Below, one piece after another: positions 15,245-31,318 of a stretch of DNA of 64,000 nucleotides. Source of the stretch: Eledone cirrhosa (lineage: Eukaryota). The translations under genes were made by a program, and so were the position numbers. Position 1 is the first letter of the stretch. Every line of letters starts with the position of its first letter. The stretch spans positions 31,558,001-31,622,000 of the forward strand of contig OZ024761.1 of the NCBI GenBank assembly GCA_964016885.1. Direction: 5' to 3'. The notes below the pieces were generated by a model. It saw only the letters and a list, made by a program, of their open reading frames with translations, had not been told where the DNA came from and made no database searches.

Positions 15245-15633
15245 TTATTGCATTAGGTTCTGTGTCATTGATTTACACTGAGACCATTATAGGATCTGAT
15301 CTCTCCATCCACCATTGGGATAGTTTTCAGCTACTCCCTCCTGGCATCATACCCTTCATACAGATCTTGGATAGAAACCGATCCCCGTTTAAGGTTTGAT
15401 GTGGGAAAACAATTTAAGAGAGTTGGTTTTAATTTCAACAGAAAACAAATGAGTAAATGCTGTAGTTGTGTGATATCTCGCCGATGTAATATTTTAACTG
15501 CGTTGGATGTTTAGACGTCTACCAGTAATAAATCTCATGGCATGGGTTTTAAAATACTTCAATATTTTAAGTTGTTTTTGCAGACAAGACGACAATCAAT
15601 TCCATACATAAGTTTGGGGGAAATGTAAACGTG

Positions 15634-15665
<32 letters not shown>

Positions 15666-15904
15666 TGTTTGTTATTTAATCTGATTGTATTTTCGTTGTG
15701 GTGGCTTCTGTGGCTTTTCCCCTTAACCACAGTTTCCAATTTGTCACGCTATTTAACGTATATTTATTACTCTAAGGTGTAACCTATCGATTTATCGATA
15801 CATTCTTTTTGAGTGCTTCGTGCAAACTCCGAATTGTTCTTTCGCGGATGTTGGCCACTGCCACAGCTTCGATTTAACTGATCTTCCAATCGTATATATA
15901 TATA

Positions 15905-16130
15905 CGTAACTTGGTATAATTTCACCCAACTTGTAGAAATCTTATAATGAAACGAGTCGTCTGGGAAATGATATAATTGATATATCTCATATGAAATAAT
16001 ACAGCCAATTATCCACACAATACAATATAGCTAGCACCCCAAACGTTTAATTAGGAATATACTCAGGTATTTCCTAATATTTGTTGAGTGAGTTGGAATT
16101 TGGCCGCAGTATCGCTTTTAGCTTTCTCCG
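15905..16130 (+). mobile_element. Penelope-like repeat with a decayed hammerhead; an inverted copy lies at 31693-31920
   Basis: CCCA...GAAACGAGTCGTC-TGGG. Bounded by (TA)n. Reverse-complement match to 31693-31920. Confidence 0.55.
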
Positions 16131-16316
16131 ATTATGTATGTATATATATATATATATTATATATATATATATAAATTAGAATTGGAGCTCTGAAATAGCA
16201 ATATATATATATGAATGTATATATAATGTATTTTGCAATACACTTTATGCTTAATTAAAAGCATTTTGCAGACCGTATGCTATTGTTTTAGAGTAGTGAC
16301 AAACTCACTTACTTTA

Positions 16317-16410
16317 ATCTCAGCAAACCAGGGGAGATAAGCCGACAAGGCCTTGTTTCGCATTTATTGATGCTTATCAAGGCTAACTACTCCCTCATGT
16401 CTACTGAGAT
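16317..16410 (-). ncRNA. Type I hammerhead ribozyme, U3-A8 variant (left-arm copy)
   Basis: Reverse complement of the 16652 motif, with perfectly palindromic stem III ACAAGGCCUUGU. Confidence 0.75.
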
Positions 16411-16651
16411 CACTGATGTTATATTCTTATAGAATTCTAGTAAATAAAAAGGAACTGATTATACAGAATGGTTGCCGGTCAGGCAGAAATTAGAAATTAG
16501 AATTGGAGCTCTGAAATAGCAATATATATATATATATGAATGTATATATAGAGCTCCAATTCTAATTTCTAATTTCTGCCTGACCGGCAACCTCTCTGTA
16601 TAATCAGTTCCTGATTATTTACTAGAATTCTATAAGAATATAACATCAGTG

Positions 16652-16745
16652 ATCTCAGTAGACATGAGGGAGTAGTTAGCCTTGATAAGCATCAATAAAT
16701 GCGAAACAAAGCCTTGTCGGCTTATCTCCCCTTGTTTGCTGAGAT
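16652..16745 (+). ncRNA. Type I hammerhead ribozyme, U3-A8 core variant
   Basis: AGCC-UUGAUAA-GCAU(CAAUAA)AUGC-GAAA-CAAAGCCUUG-UC-GGCU. Stem I extends by GGGAG/CUCCC and AUCUCAGUAGAC/GUUUGCUGAGAU. Confidence 0.75.
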
Positions 16746-16984
16746 TAAAGTAAGTGAGTTTGTCACTACTCTAAAACAATAGCATACGGTCTTCAAAATG
16801 CTTTTAATTAAGCATAAAGTGTATTGCAAAATACATTATATATACATTCATATATATATATATATATATATATAATGACTTACCAGAACTAATATCAATA
16901 ACAAATTACAGTAAAGATTTTAATTATTAAAGAACACCAACCACCAGTGAAGTCATTCTTCTCTTTGTTCATATATATATGATC

Positions 16985-17162
16985 TCCACGGTATTGTGAA
17001 GGTTCACAGGCAACCTGATGCAAGACCTGAGCCCAGGGAGATCCATAGTTGTCGTCAATGTGCAAAGGAGTGCAAGTCTTTAGCAGGCTTGAAAAGCCAT
17101 ATCTGAGCATCGCACATTTGAATATCTGACAAGCGATTGCAATACTCTTAGCAGAGTTTGCA

Positions 17163-17170
<8 letters not shown>
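16985..17170 (+). mobile_element. RTE LINE extreme 3' end
   Basis: Encodes a [17 protein letters not shown] zinc-finger-like C-terminus and ends gcagccatcat + (AT)n. Confidence 0.65.
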
Positions 17171-17199
<29 letters not shown>

Positions 17200-17266
17200 C
17201 ATTTTGTTATGGATAAATAGTGAGTCTTGTTACTCTGGAGTTTCGCCTGCTGTATATTTATATACG

Positions 17267-17318
<52 letters not shown>

Positions 17319-17322
<4 letters not shown>

Positions 17323-17509
17323 AACGAGTAGGACCCCGACGGCTGAGCTCAAGCCGTTTCGACGGCTAATTCTGGACAGAATTAGCCGTCGAAACAGCTT
17401 GAGCTCAGCCGTCGGGGTCCTACTCGTTCCTATTACCCACTCTACTACCCTAAGTATTGAATACTTTGGTGCGTTATGGTCCACCTGGTTCCTTACCACA
17501 TTTCTTCCG

Positions 17510-17547
<38 letters not shown>

Positions 17548-17737
17548 CGAAGGGGGTGTGGTAAGGAACAAGATGGACCATAATGCACCAGATTACTCAA
17601 TACTGTGGGTAATAGGAAAATGTATGACCCAGACAGCAGAGCTCAAGCCGTTTCGACGGCTATTTCTGGACGCAGAATTCCAGAAATAGCCGTCGAAACG
17701 GCTTGAGCTCTGCAGTCGGGGTCATACATTTTCCTAT
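17319..17737. mobile_element. Two head-to-head Penelope-like pLTR fragments, each with a palindromic end
   Basis: gaccccgacggc-gagctcaagccgtttcgacggcta palindromes at 17321-17431 and ~17614-17737. Same family at 10436-10497, 21092-21230, 34058-34727, 58460-58580 and 58899-59008. Confidence 0.75.
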
Positions 17738-17877
17738 GCAGCGTAAACTCGTATTCCTACAAGGAAAACTCAACCAACCCTAGGTTGTCATCTTTGTTTT
17801 TATTGTTCTCATAACAGGCTGAATGAATTGGGGCCCAGAACCCAACGATACTTGAGTACCTGTTTATGTCACTGTTG

Positions 17878-17923
<46 letters not shown>

Positions 17924-18048
17924 CTTTGATTTTATCTGACAGCATTTCAATTGTACTTCTATTTATCAAGTTTAGTTTTTCTTCATCTTTACGTCATATT
18001 TTTTTTTTTTTGTCTTTTAATTAAAAAATCTTTTTTTTTTTTTTTCAG

Positions 18049-19391
18049 TTCGGTTCGAGAATGAAGAGGCAGAACTCAAAAAATTCGTAGACTTCCTTAA
18101 AACCTCATACCCAGACGAGTTCAAATCTTTTAAAGGGAAAAGTTTTGAATCTGTGTTTTCGAAGCTCAGAGAAAGTATGGCTCTGCATAAAGTCGTTCCA
18201 AACCCAGAAGATACCACAAAAGTGTCAACGACAAATGGGAACTGCACATGTGACACGACAGTCACCACGCAGCGTCACACGGAACGACGCCATTTACAAA
18301 AAAACTCAAACGATCACGTGACGCTTATCAGTGCCTTTAAGAATGATAGGACTGCAAACAACTTAGCAGTTTCAAGAACTACAACGCCCTCTACGGGCAA
18401 AAAGCAAAACCTCACGCATCAAACAAATAAAGCTAATAACAATAAAAAACACACAAACACTCACAGTAAAACAAACACTAACAGTAAAGACATTAGCAAT
18501 AGTAGTAGTAGTAGTATTCATATTAACAATAGTAGTAATAGTATTAACAGTAGTAGTAGTAGTCATTATAATAACAATAGTAGTGAAAGCAATAGTAGTT
18601 TTAGTATTATTAGTAATAATATCAGTGATATTATTACTAGTAGTAGTAGTAATAGTAGTACGACTGATAGTAACAGTAGTATTTCTATTAACAGTAGTAA
18701 TACTACTATTATTATTGACAATAGTAGCAGTAGTAGTACTCTTAGTAGTATTACTAGTGTTAATAGTAGTGATTTTGATAGTAATAGTAGTGATAGTAAT
18801 AGTGATAACGATAGCGATATTAATAATTATTATGATGATGATATTAACATTAATAATAATAATGATATCAATAACAACAATAACAACAACATTAACAACA
18901 ACAACAACATTATTAGCGTAACAAAGCCTTCTATGATTATTAATAAAGAAGCAATGAAAAGTCCGCGTGACATCACAATGAAAGAAGCAACGCAAAGAGA
19001 GAAAATGGTGGCACGCAAATTCAGCGATACAAGATACAATGCGAAGAGAGCTGGCAACAGAACAGTAACAAAAGATTTACCCCAAAACACTAGGATCAAA
19101 CCGGGTTCACCGCACATCAGTGGATATGATGAATCTAAGAAAGCGCAATTACAAACGGAAGAAAATAAGCTGCATTCTGGGAATGTGACTGAACCTCCGT
19201 TGTTTGTGTTACATATAAACAACATCAAGGAAAGTTTTTATTTGTTCGGCCATTATGTTGGCAAGGAGAATGACAGTCGTGATTATAGAAAGGAGGCTCA
19301 ATATTACGAAGATGAGTATGAACGGGTACATCACATCTCCCAGGGAATACACATAGGGAGCATCGTCATACTCTTTATTATGGTGCTTGAG
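18049..19391 (+). CDS. HVCN1: 1343-bp coding exon of the same Hv-family gene: very long Ser/Asn-rich S1-S2 loop and S2 helix
   Basis: Long poly-T + cag acceptor (ends 18048). Phase 1 join gives T+TT=Phe, then RFENEEAELKKFVDFLKTSYPDEF. Open for 447 codons, in the frame of ORF 18153..19475. Ends ISQGIHIGSIVILFIMVLE|gtaag, matching Hv1 S2 (VFHYMSITILVFFMME; H140, S143, E153 conserved). Confidence 0.8.
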
Positions 19392-19421
19392 GTAAGAACA
19401 CTTCCATTTATTTCGTTATAT

Positions 19422-19477
<56 letters not shown>

Positions 19478-19583
19478 AATTAGTATATCTACCAACATAA
19501 TTATACAGAAGTATACTTATGCTGGCAAGATATAGGTTTTGTCTTAGTAACTTTGTGGTTCAATACAAAAATGTAGAACAATT

Positions 19584-19752
19584 ATATGAAAGACGTAAAA
19601 TAAGAAAATTATAATAATTAACTTACTTACTTAAGTTTCACTCTAACTAATTAGTTTCTGAAAGGGGATATGCATAGTGTTCAAAACCACGGAGAATTCC
19701 TTAAGTATCTTAAGTAAGTAAGTTAATTATTATAATTTTCTTATTTTACGTC

Positions 19753-19760
<8 letters not shown>
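19584..19760. repeat. Inverted repeat (~50-bp arms) abutting (TA)n
   Basis: atatgaaagacgtaaaataagaaaattataataattaacttacttacttaag and its reverse complement. Confidence 0.8.
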
Positions 19761-19803
<43 letters not shown>

Positions 19804-20883
19804 GTCGTCAAGTTGGAAATTTGTTGAAAAAACAAACAAATTTCTACAAATTTGATACTTGACGATCCAATATATATATATGTATATATTGTGATATATA
19901 TATATATATTGTATTGTATTTAAATGTTTTTGGTGAGTTTATTATAACAGTATGGGATATTTCAGTTAATTTAACGAAACGGTCGTAAATTAATGAAATG
20001 ATTTAATTTAAACCTTTATTCTTATATATGTATATATAATATAATAAGTATAAATTGAAGTTTTAGGTGTCGCACATCAAGTACTATTCGATTTGTTTGA
20101 GGCAATCACAAAGCACTCAATGAAGCGAAAGTAAAAAAAAAAAAAGACAATAGGACCAGAGTAAACACAACACTTATGAAGTGTTACACCGAGAAAACCG
20201 TCCAAAGGCACTGGCTATACATATAACACAACGATGATAGATACAGAAAGTACATAAAGGATATATACAGAAGGCGAGGGGGGGGGGAGATAACTTGGGA
20301 TCAGTGTGCTTCACTTAGTTTCTAAAATATTTCCATCTTTTTATCTAACAGAAGGAAAATGTTATGATATATTGATAGAGATTGTGAGGGACATCTGAAA
20401 TAATGGAACAGTATTCTAACGATTTATGGTTAAAGATAGAATTATCCCTTAAATAGACATGAATAAAGGTCATACCTTCTTAGTTATTCTTGTATCATAA
20501 TACTAAGTCCTTTTGTTACGACTAGATTTTCAGAATAGTCCAACATTGTGTCTAAATCTGTAAAAAGCCATTAGAAAGTATTTAATGTATATACATATAC
20601 ACATTTGTGTATACATTATATATATATACACACACACACATATACATACATTCATATAAAGAAATTCGTTTTCAAATATAAAAACTGGAAAGGTGTAGGT
20701 GAAAAAGTTAATGAACTTGCAAAGGTAATTATTTATAAAACGATCGATTTTGATAAATCCCACGGGGATGAAACAACTGTAAATTAAATTATGATGTAAA
20801 TAGGTGTTTGGTAACATATTTTAATGAATACATACATACATACATATATATAATTAGAAAGTGAACAACACAATATATAACTA

Positions 20884-20951
20884 CTCCATTACCAAAGGTT
20901 TCAGGACCCTGGACAATATTAACATACGTCTAGTTCTCTCAACAGGTGGAG
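20884..20951 (-). ncRNA. Hammerhead-like motif (CUGUUGA variant, probably decayed); related sequence at 38520-38665
   Basis: CUCCAC-CUGUUGA...GAAA-CCUUUGG-UA-AUGGAG. Confidence 0.45.
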
Positions 20952-21026
20952 TGGTTATTCTAATGAAATAGCTCTGTTTTATACACAGAGGACTCTTTTT
21001 TTCCTTTGCTTTTTCTTCGGAAATAC

Positions 21027-21094
<68 letters not shown>

Positions 21095-21226
21095 AACCAG
21101 TAAGACCCCGACAGCTGAGCTCAAGCTGTCGGGGTCTTACTGGTTCCTATTACCCACTCTACTACCTCAAGTATTGAGTACTTTGGTGCGTTATGGTCCA
21201 CCTGGTTCCTTACCACATTTCCTTCG

Positions 21227-21280
<54 letters not shown>

Positions 21281-21283
<3 letters not shown>

Positions 21284-21641
21284 TAAAAGGAATTCCAACT
21301 TTGTCTGATTTACTCGTTTTATTTACAATCCTTTAAAATTTATAATGGTATTAGAATGAAATAGTATGGTAGAATATTAAATGTTAAGTGTTAATTGAAC
21401 AAGTACTTTCATGCTTTCGTAATCTTCAAGTTCATATTCTGTGGTAACTTGAAAATTGCAAACTTGACTGTCACCACAGAATCTGAACCTGAAGATTGCG
21501 AAAGTACTTGCGAAAGTACTTGTTCAATTAACACTTAACATTTAATATTCTACCATACTATTTCATTCTAATACCATTATAAATTTTAAAGGATTGTAAA
21601 TAAAACGAGTAAATCAGACAAAGTTGGAATTCCTTTTATTA
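21281..21641. mobile_element. Fold-back element (~165-bp arms) with a minimal hammerhead in each arm (21397-21433 -, 21485-21525 +)
   Basis: Two-arm consensus GAAC-CUGAAGA-UUGC(GAAA)GCAU-GAAAGUACUU-GUUC, with palindromic stem III AAGUACUU. Confidence 0.7.
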
Positions 21642-21894
21642 AAATAATCTTCTATACACAATCATACACACCCGTGTATATTTATTTATATATATATATA
21701 TTTATTTATATATTTATATATATATACACGAGGGTCGGCTGGAATGATCAATGAGGTTTATTTTTCAAACTAGTCCCTAGAAGGAGACAATCCAGTTATT
21801 AATAAGAGCTGGAAATAATGCATGCAAGATTTCACAGCCTTAGCATCAATACTTCATAGTCAGCCTATATACTCTTGTCCGATTCTGGTGTGTG

Positions 21895-25622
<3,728 letters not shown>

Positions 25623-25633
25623 TACATATATAT

Positions 25634-25664
<31 letters not shown>

Positions 25665-26099
25665 ATTTGGATTTTAGTCTTCACATTTATTATTATTACT
25701 ATATATATTATATATGTATATATATATATATATATATATGTATTATATATGTATATATATATATATGTATGCAAAAGTATGTATATGCATATATATATGA
25801 GTATATATTGTTTATGTATATATGTATATATATATATATATATGTGTGTGTGTTTACCACAAAATACGTTGTCTCAATTTACAATAATTACATCAACCCC
25901 GTCACATGTTTACCGTTCTATATTCCCACCCCCGGGCTATATGGAATATAATATTATACACCCACTCAACCCCACCCACCACACATATATATAATCACAT
26001 ACACATATACACACCTACATATATATACATATATACACATACATACACACCCATATATTTGTGTCTCTGCGTGTGTATGTATATATATATATATATATA

Positions 26100-26164
<65 letters not shown>

Positions 26165-26215
26165 CATATACACACACTTATATATATATATAGATATTTA
26201 TAATATATACACACA

Positions 26216-26255
<40 letters not shown>

Positions 26256-26270
26256 TATAATACACACACA

Positions 26271-26320
<50 letters not shown>

Positions 26321-26444
26321 TATATATATACACACACTCATATATATATATATATAAATATATTTATACACACACACTCATATATATAAATATATATATA
26401 CACACACACTCATATATATATATAAATATATATATACACACACA

Positions 26445-26501
<57 letters not shown>

Positions 26502-27004
26502 TTACACAAACACACACACATATATATACACACACACACAAACACACCTATATATATATATGGTACACTTAGTTGGTTTAGTTGTGGTGTAATATATCTT
26601 CAGTACGTTTGGTTTTCAGCGAAACCAATTTCCGTGTAAATTCCTATCATATTTCGTATCGATACCAATTTTCGTGTAACCTCATATTTGTATACTTAAG
26701 CACACACGGTGTTTCTTACACACACATACAGGCATGCGCGCACACACACACACACAGACATACACACACGCAAACGCACACACACAGGCATACTCTCACA
26801 CACATATTCATACACACACTCACATACACTTGCTCTTACAAACACGCTTTCACACACACACACGCTCTCACCCACTAGCTCACATACACATGCTTACACA
26901 CACACACAGATCAGGATTACAAGTTTTAAACTCGTAAGACCATTTATTCAGCTGAGGACTCAATACTTGAGATAGTGTGTAAATATATTTTGGGAGACAT
27001 GGCT

Positions 27005-27812
27005 CAACCACTGAGCCATTGCCCGACGGCTGAGCTCTTGTCCAACCACTGAGCTCTTGCCCGACGAGGCAACCATTGTCTGACAAGTAAGCTATTGCCC
27101 GACGACGCAACCATTGTCTGACAAGTGAGCTATCGCCCGACAACTGAGCCGTTGCTCGACGACTGAGCCATTGCCCGATGACTGAGACATTTCCCGACGG
27201 TTGAGCCATTGCCAAGCAACTGAGCCATTGCCTGACAACTGAGCGATTGCCTGGCAACTGAGCCATTTCCCAGCGACTGAACCATTGACAGAGGACTGAG
27301 CCATTGCTTGACAACTAAGCCATTGCCTGACGACTGAGCCATTTCCCGACGACTGAGCCATTGACAGAGGACTGAGCCATTGCCCGGCAACTGTGCCATG
27401 ACTCGACGACTGAGCCATTGTCCGACGACCGAGCCATTGCCCGACGACTGAGTCATGGCCCGATGATTGAGCCATGGTGCGACGACTGAGTTCTTTCCCG
27501 ACGACCGAGCCATCGCCCGGCGACTGAGCCATTGCCCGACAACTGAGCCATTGTCCGACGACTAGGCCATGACGCGACGACTGGGCCGTTGTCCGGTGAC
27601 TGAGTCATTGTCCGGTGACTGAGCCATGGCGCGACGACTGAGCCATTGCCCGACGAACAAGCCATGGCCCGCTGACCGAGCCATGACCCGACGACTGAGC
27701 CATTGGCTGACAACTGAGCCATAGCTCAACGGCTGATTCCTTGCCCGACGACTGAGCCATAGCTCAACAACTGAGCGATTACCCGGCAGCTGAGCCATTG
27801 CCCGACAACTAA
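27005..27812. repeat. 19-bp GC-rich minisatellite (gactgagccattgcccgac), about 43 degenerate copies
   Basis: Strict 19-bp period, e.g. unit starts at 27332, 27351, 27370, 27389 and 27408. Confidence 0.9.
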
Positions 27813-27820
27813 GTAAGTAA

Positions 27821-27965
27821 GTAAGGTACTCAATACATTAGGAGAGTGGAAACATCATGTTTAATATAGAAGTGGCTTCTACCGGACTAGAACTGTTTCA
27901 TTCAAAAGATATCATCTTGAATAAAACAGTTCTAGTCCTGTAGAAGCCATTTCTATATTAAACAT
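27821..27965. mobile_element. Short fold-back Penelope-like fragment; family also at ~30770, 45697, 51245-51378 and 56879-56990
   Basis: The shared motif gactagaactgtttcattc occurs in all copies. The 56937 copy reads CTGATGA-TTTC(CTTC)GAAT-GAAACTGTTCTAGTC. Confidence 0.6.
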
Positions 27966-28152
27966 TATATTCAATTGGAAATTGGATATATATGTTCAAT
28001 TGGAAATTGGATATCTATATATATGTTCAATTGGAAATTGGATGTATATGTATATGTTCAATTGGAAATTGGATGTATATACATATATATTACATATTCA
28101 ATTGGATGCATATATACGTATATATATATATCTATGTATTCAGTTGGGGGTC

Positions 28153-28201
<49 letters not shown>

Positions 28202-28684
28202 GTATTCAATTGGATGTATATACATACATATATATAAATATATATAATTGGATGTATATGTATATTTGTGTGTGTGTGTGTGTGTGTGTGCATTCAATAC
28301 CACATGACCATATGTATTCTAAACGAACAAATAAGTTGACAACCCACAATTTCATTGGAAATATAATATCAACTAGAAAAGAACTCTCTACGGAGGATTC
28401 TGTTTTTTTTAAAGAAACTGTTTTCCAATGGAGAAAAATCCTACTGAAGAACATTAGCGTTGAAGAATGGTCTAAAAAGAATTCCATGAAACACAGGCTG
28501 TGATCGACTGTAATAGAGATATGTATATAGATTTCTATAAGATGGACTGAGTGGAGAAACGTGGTTTAGTGGTTAGTGTGTTTTATTGTAATTTGTCTAA
28601 GTCTGGTAAGAGAAACGATGGCTTGATGTCAACCTCTGGACATGGACTGGACTTGATCTTTGCTCTTTAAACTTTGCTGTTGGT

Positions 28685-30402
28685 GATTGAATGGCAGTGC
28701 CGGTAGAAGGTTGGGTGCCATGCTTTGAAGCATAGTTACGTCCCTTTACGGTCTGAGTTCAAATCCCGTCGAGGTTAACTTTACCTTTCATCCTTACGGG
28801 GTCGATAAGATAAAGCACCAGTAATGCACTGGATATTTGCTGGCCTTGTGCCAAAAGTAGAAACAATTATATATTCCCGGAAGGAAGGTTGGCTGGTAAG
28901 AGAAGCAGAGGCCGGCAGCCAAAACGTAAGATTCATAATGTCAATTTATGGACTGGACTTGATCTTTGCTGTTTAAACTCTGCTGGTGGTGACCGAACTA
29001 TGGGGAGAAACATATCTCCTGTTGATGTACAGTCTGCAACTGGCGGAGTTTAGCATCAAAGTAGTGTTTTATTGGGGATTGTATATTGTTGTGTGTTCCA
29101 TTTCCGGGCCATGTGTCACGTTCTGTATTTAAGTATAACACTTAATTTCACGTTGCTCCAGTACACTCAGTTGAATATTAATACCGGCAGTGGCTGGGAG
29201 CTAATCCTTCGATAGACTTGCGTCCTATCCGGAGTGTGTTTGCGGGTGGAGGCCTGTACTCTCAGTCGCTTAAAACCGAGGAGGGCGAAATGAGCATTGG
29301 TCTGATGAGCAAAACACTTCATTTCACGTTGCTTCAATACACCCAGCTGAATATTAGTAGTAGCTGGGAGCTAATCCTGCGATGAACTGGCGTCCAGTCC
29401 CGTGTGATGGTGAAATCTTGTACTCTCAGTCGCTTAACGCCGAGGAAACCGGGATAAGCTCTGGCCCAATGTACCTCTAGGCTTTGGAGGGAAATCAGAC
29501 TGACTGAGAGAGACTTTAGGATAGAGATATGTTATAAAGAATTCTATGAGAGAGACAAAAAGCATGTGAAAAAAAAAGATGATACCAGAAAAAGATGGTG
29601 ATATGGAATAGGGGCGATGTATTGACATATAGCGTTTCTTGGGCATTTTAAACCTGCCGGAACCGATCCCTCCCCAGGGCTGAATACAGCAGAGTTCTTC
29701 CAGAGAAGGATAGAGAGAATGAGAGAATGGAAGTGAGAATCCGATGCAGAGGAAGAGTTGACCCCAATACTAGACTGGTACTTTTTTTATCGACCTTGAA
29801 AGGATAAAAAGGCAAAGTTGACCTCGGCAGGATTTGAACTCAGAGAGAAGAAAGCCGTAACGAATACCGCAAAGTAATCTATCCGACGTTCTAACGACTC
29901 TGCCAATTCGGTACATCACAGAGAAAGATGAGAAGCCATTATTACAAGAGAGTTAATGGCGGTAGCTTGCCTTTCATTCTTACGGGGTCGATAAAATAAA
30001 GCACCAATCACGCGGTGGGGTCGATTTATTCGACTTTACCTTTCACCCGAAATTGTTGGCCTTGTGTCTAAATCAGAAACCATTATTATTATCACGTCCC
30101 TTTACGATCTGAGTTCAAATCCCGCCGAGGTTAACTTTGCCTTTCATCCTTACGGGGTCGATAAAATAAAGTACCAGTAATGTACTGGATAATTGCTGGC
30201 CTTGTGCCAAAAGTAGAAACAATTATTATTATCATAGGAATAAAATACTTTCTGAATTCAAATCCCGCCGAGGGTTCACTTTGCCTTTCATCCTTATGAG
30301 GTCGATAAAATAAAGTACCAGTAATGCATTGGAATCGTTTTAATCGACATTCCCGCTCGCCCAAAATTGCTGGCCTTGTGCCTAAATCAAGAACCATTAT
30401 TA
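28685..30402. mobile_element. SINE cluster: OK-like copies (28685-28870, 29770-29908, 29960-30402) and V-domain-like fragments (29140-29500)
   Basis: Repeated OK cores. 29370-29908 duplicates 5832-6420. Confidence 0.75.
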
Positions 30403-30635
30403 CAAGAGAATTAGATTCAACAATTATTTAATGACTATAATTTATAATTATTTATCAATGAATAAATAGTCTGTCATATAAATTAAATATAATCATAAAT
30501 AAATCACCTGGGAATTGAATTAAATTAAAAAGAACTAAAAAACAATCTAAATTGTTCGATTACTGCTGAGAATGTAGATATTTTACTATAGCTTACAAAC
30601 GTATACTAACACTCACATACACACACACACATATA

Positions 30636-30721
<86 letters not shown>

Positions 30722-30848
30722 ATGCATGTACACACTCATTTACATACATGTAAACACATGCGCTATATAAGTTTTAATATAGAAGAGCTTCTACAAGACT
30801 AGAACTGTTTCATTCGTGAGAAATCTCAGTATATGAGTCTGTGTGTAT

Positions 30849-30890
<42 letters not shown>

Positions 30891-31318
30891 ACACACTCAT
30901 ATACCGAGATTATTTACATACAAACATACTCTCTTACACACACACCACATCACACTCTCCCCCCCCCCCCTCCATCTGACGTACACAAGCATCCACGCTC
31001 TCCCAAACAAGAGTAAATACGTAAATTCTAATTAAAGAACTACTGCAAGCTCAGCAGTGTAGAATATGGATTAATTAGAGAATCTTCTGAGAATAAACAA
31101 GTGCATTAATGGTGGCAGTTGATGCCTGTAAAGTTCCATCTTCCACCATGGAGTTCTGGATTGAAGAACAGTGTGCGGTACCTTGGACAAGGGTCTTCTT
31201 CAATGGCTTATGGCCTTTAGTTGACCAACACTCTGAGAGTAGTATTTCGTCAACGGAAACTTTGCTGAACCCTTGTAAATAAATGAATATATATATATGT
31301 GAATGGACCTCTTATTTT

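Larger units (their letters stand above)
16173..16851. mobile_element. Fold-back element in (TA)n with ~300-bp inverted arms and a partial tandem end
   Basis: Arms 16211-16511 and 16551-16851 are near-identical reverse complements. 16173-16225 is directly repeated at ~16494-16550. Confidence 0.85.

Noticed and set aside
18153-19475. ORF-track 440-aa protein as a stand-alone gene
   Set aside because: The GTG start is internal and the tail runs into (TA)n. Splice sites at 18049 and 19391 define it as an internal exon.
21726-21868. Possible mariner MITE remnant (also Tc1-like ends near 33352 and 33446)
   Set aside because: The TIR pairs are too degenerate or one-sided to call.
27005-27812. CRISPR array or repeat-protein ORFs on the minus strand
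   Set aside because: The 19-bp units are contiguous and not a multiple of 3. The ORFs rotate through frames.
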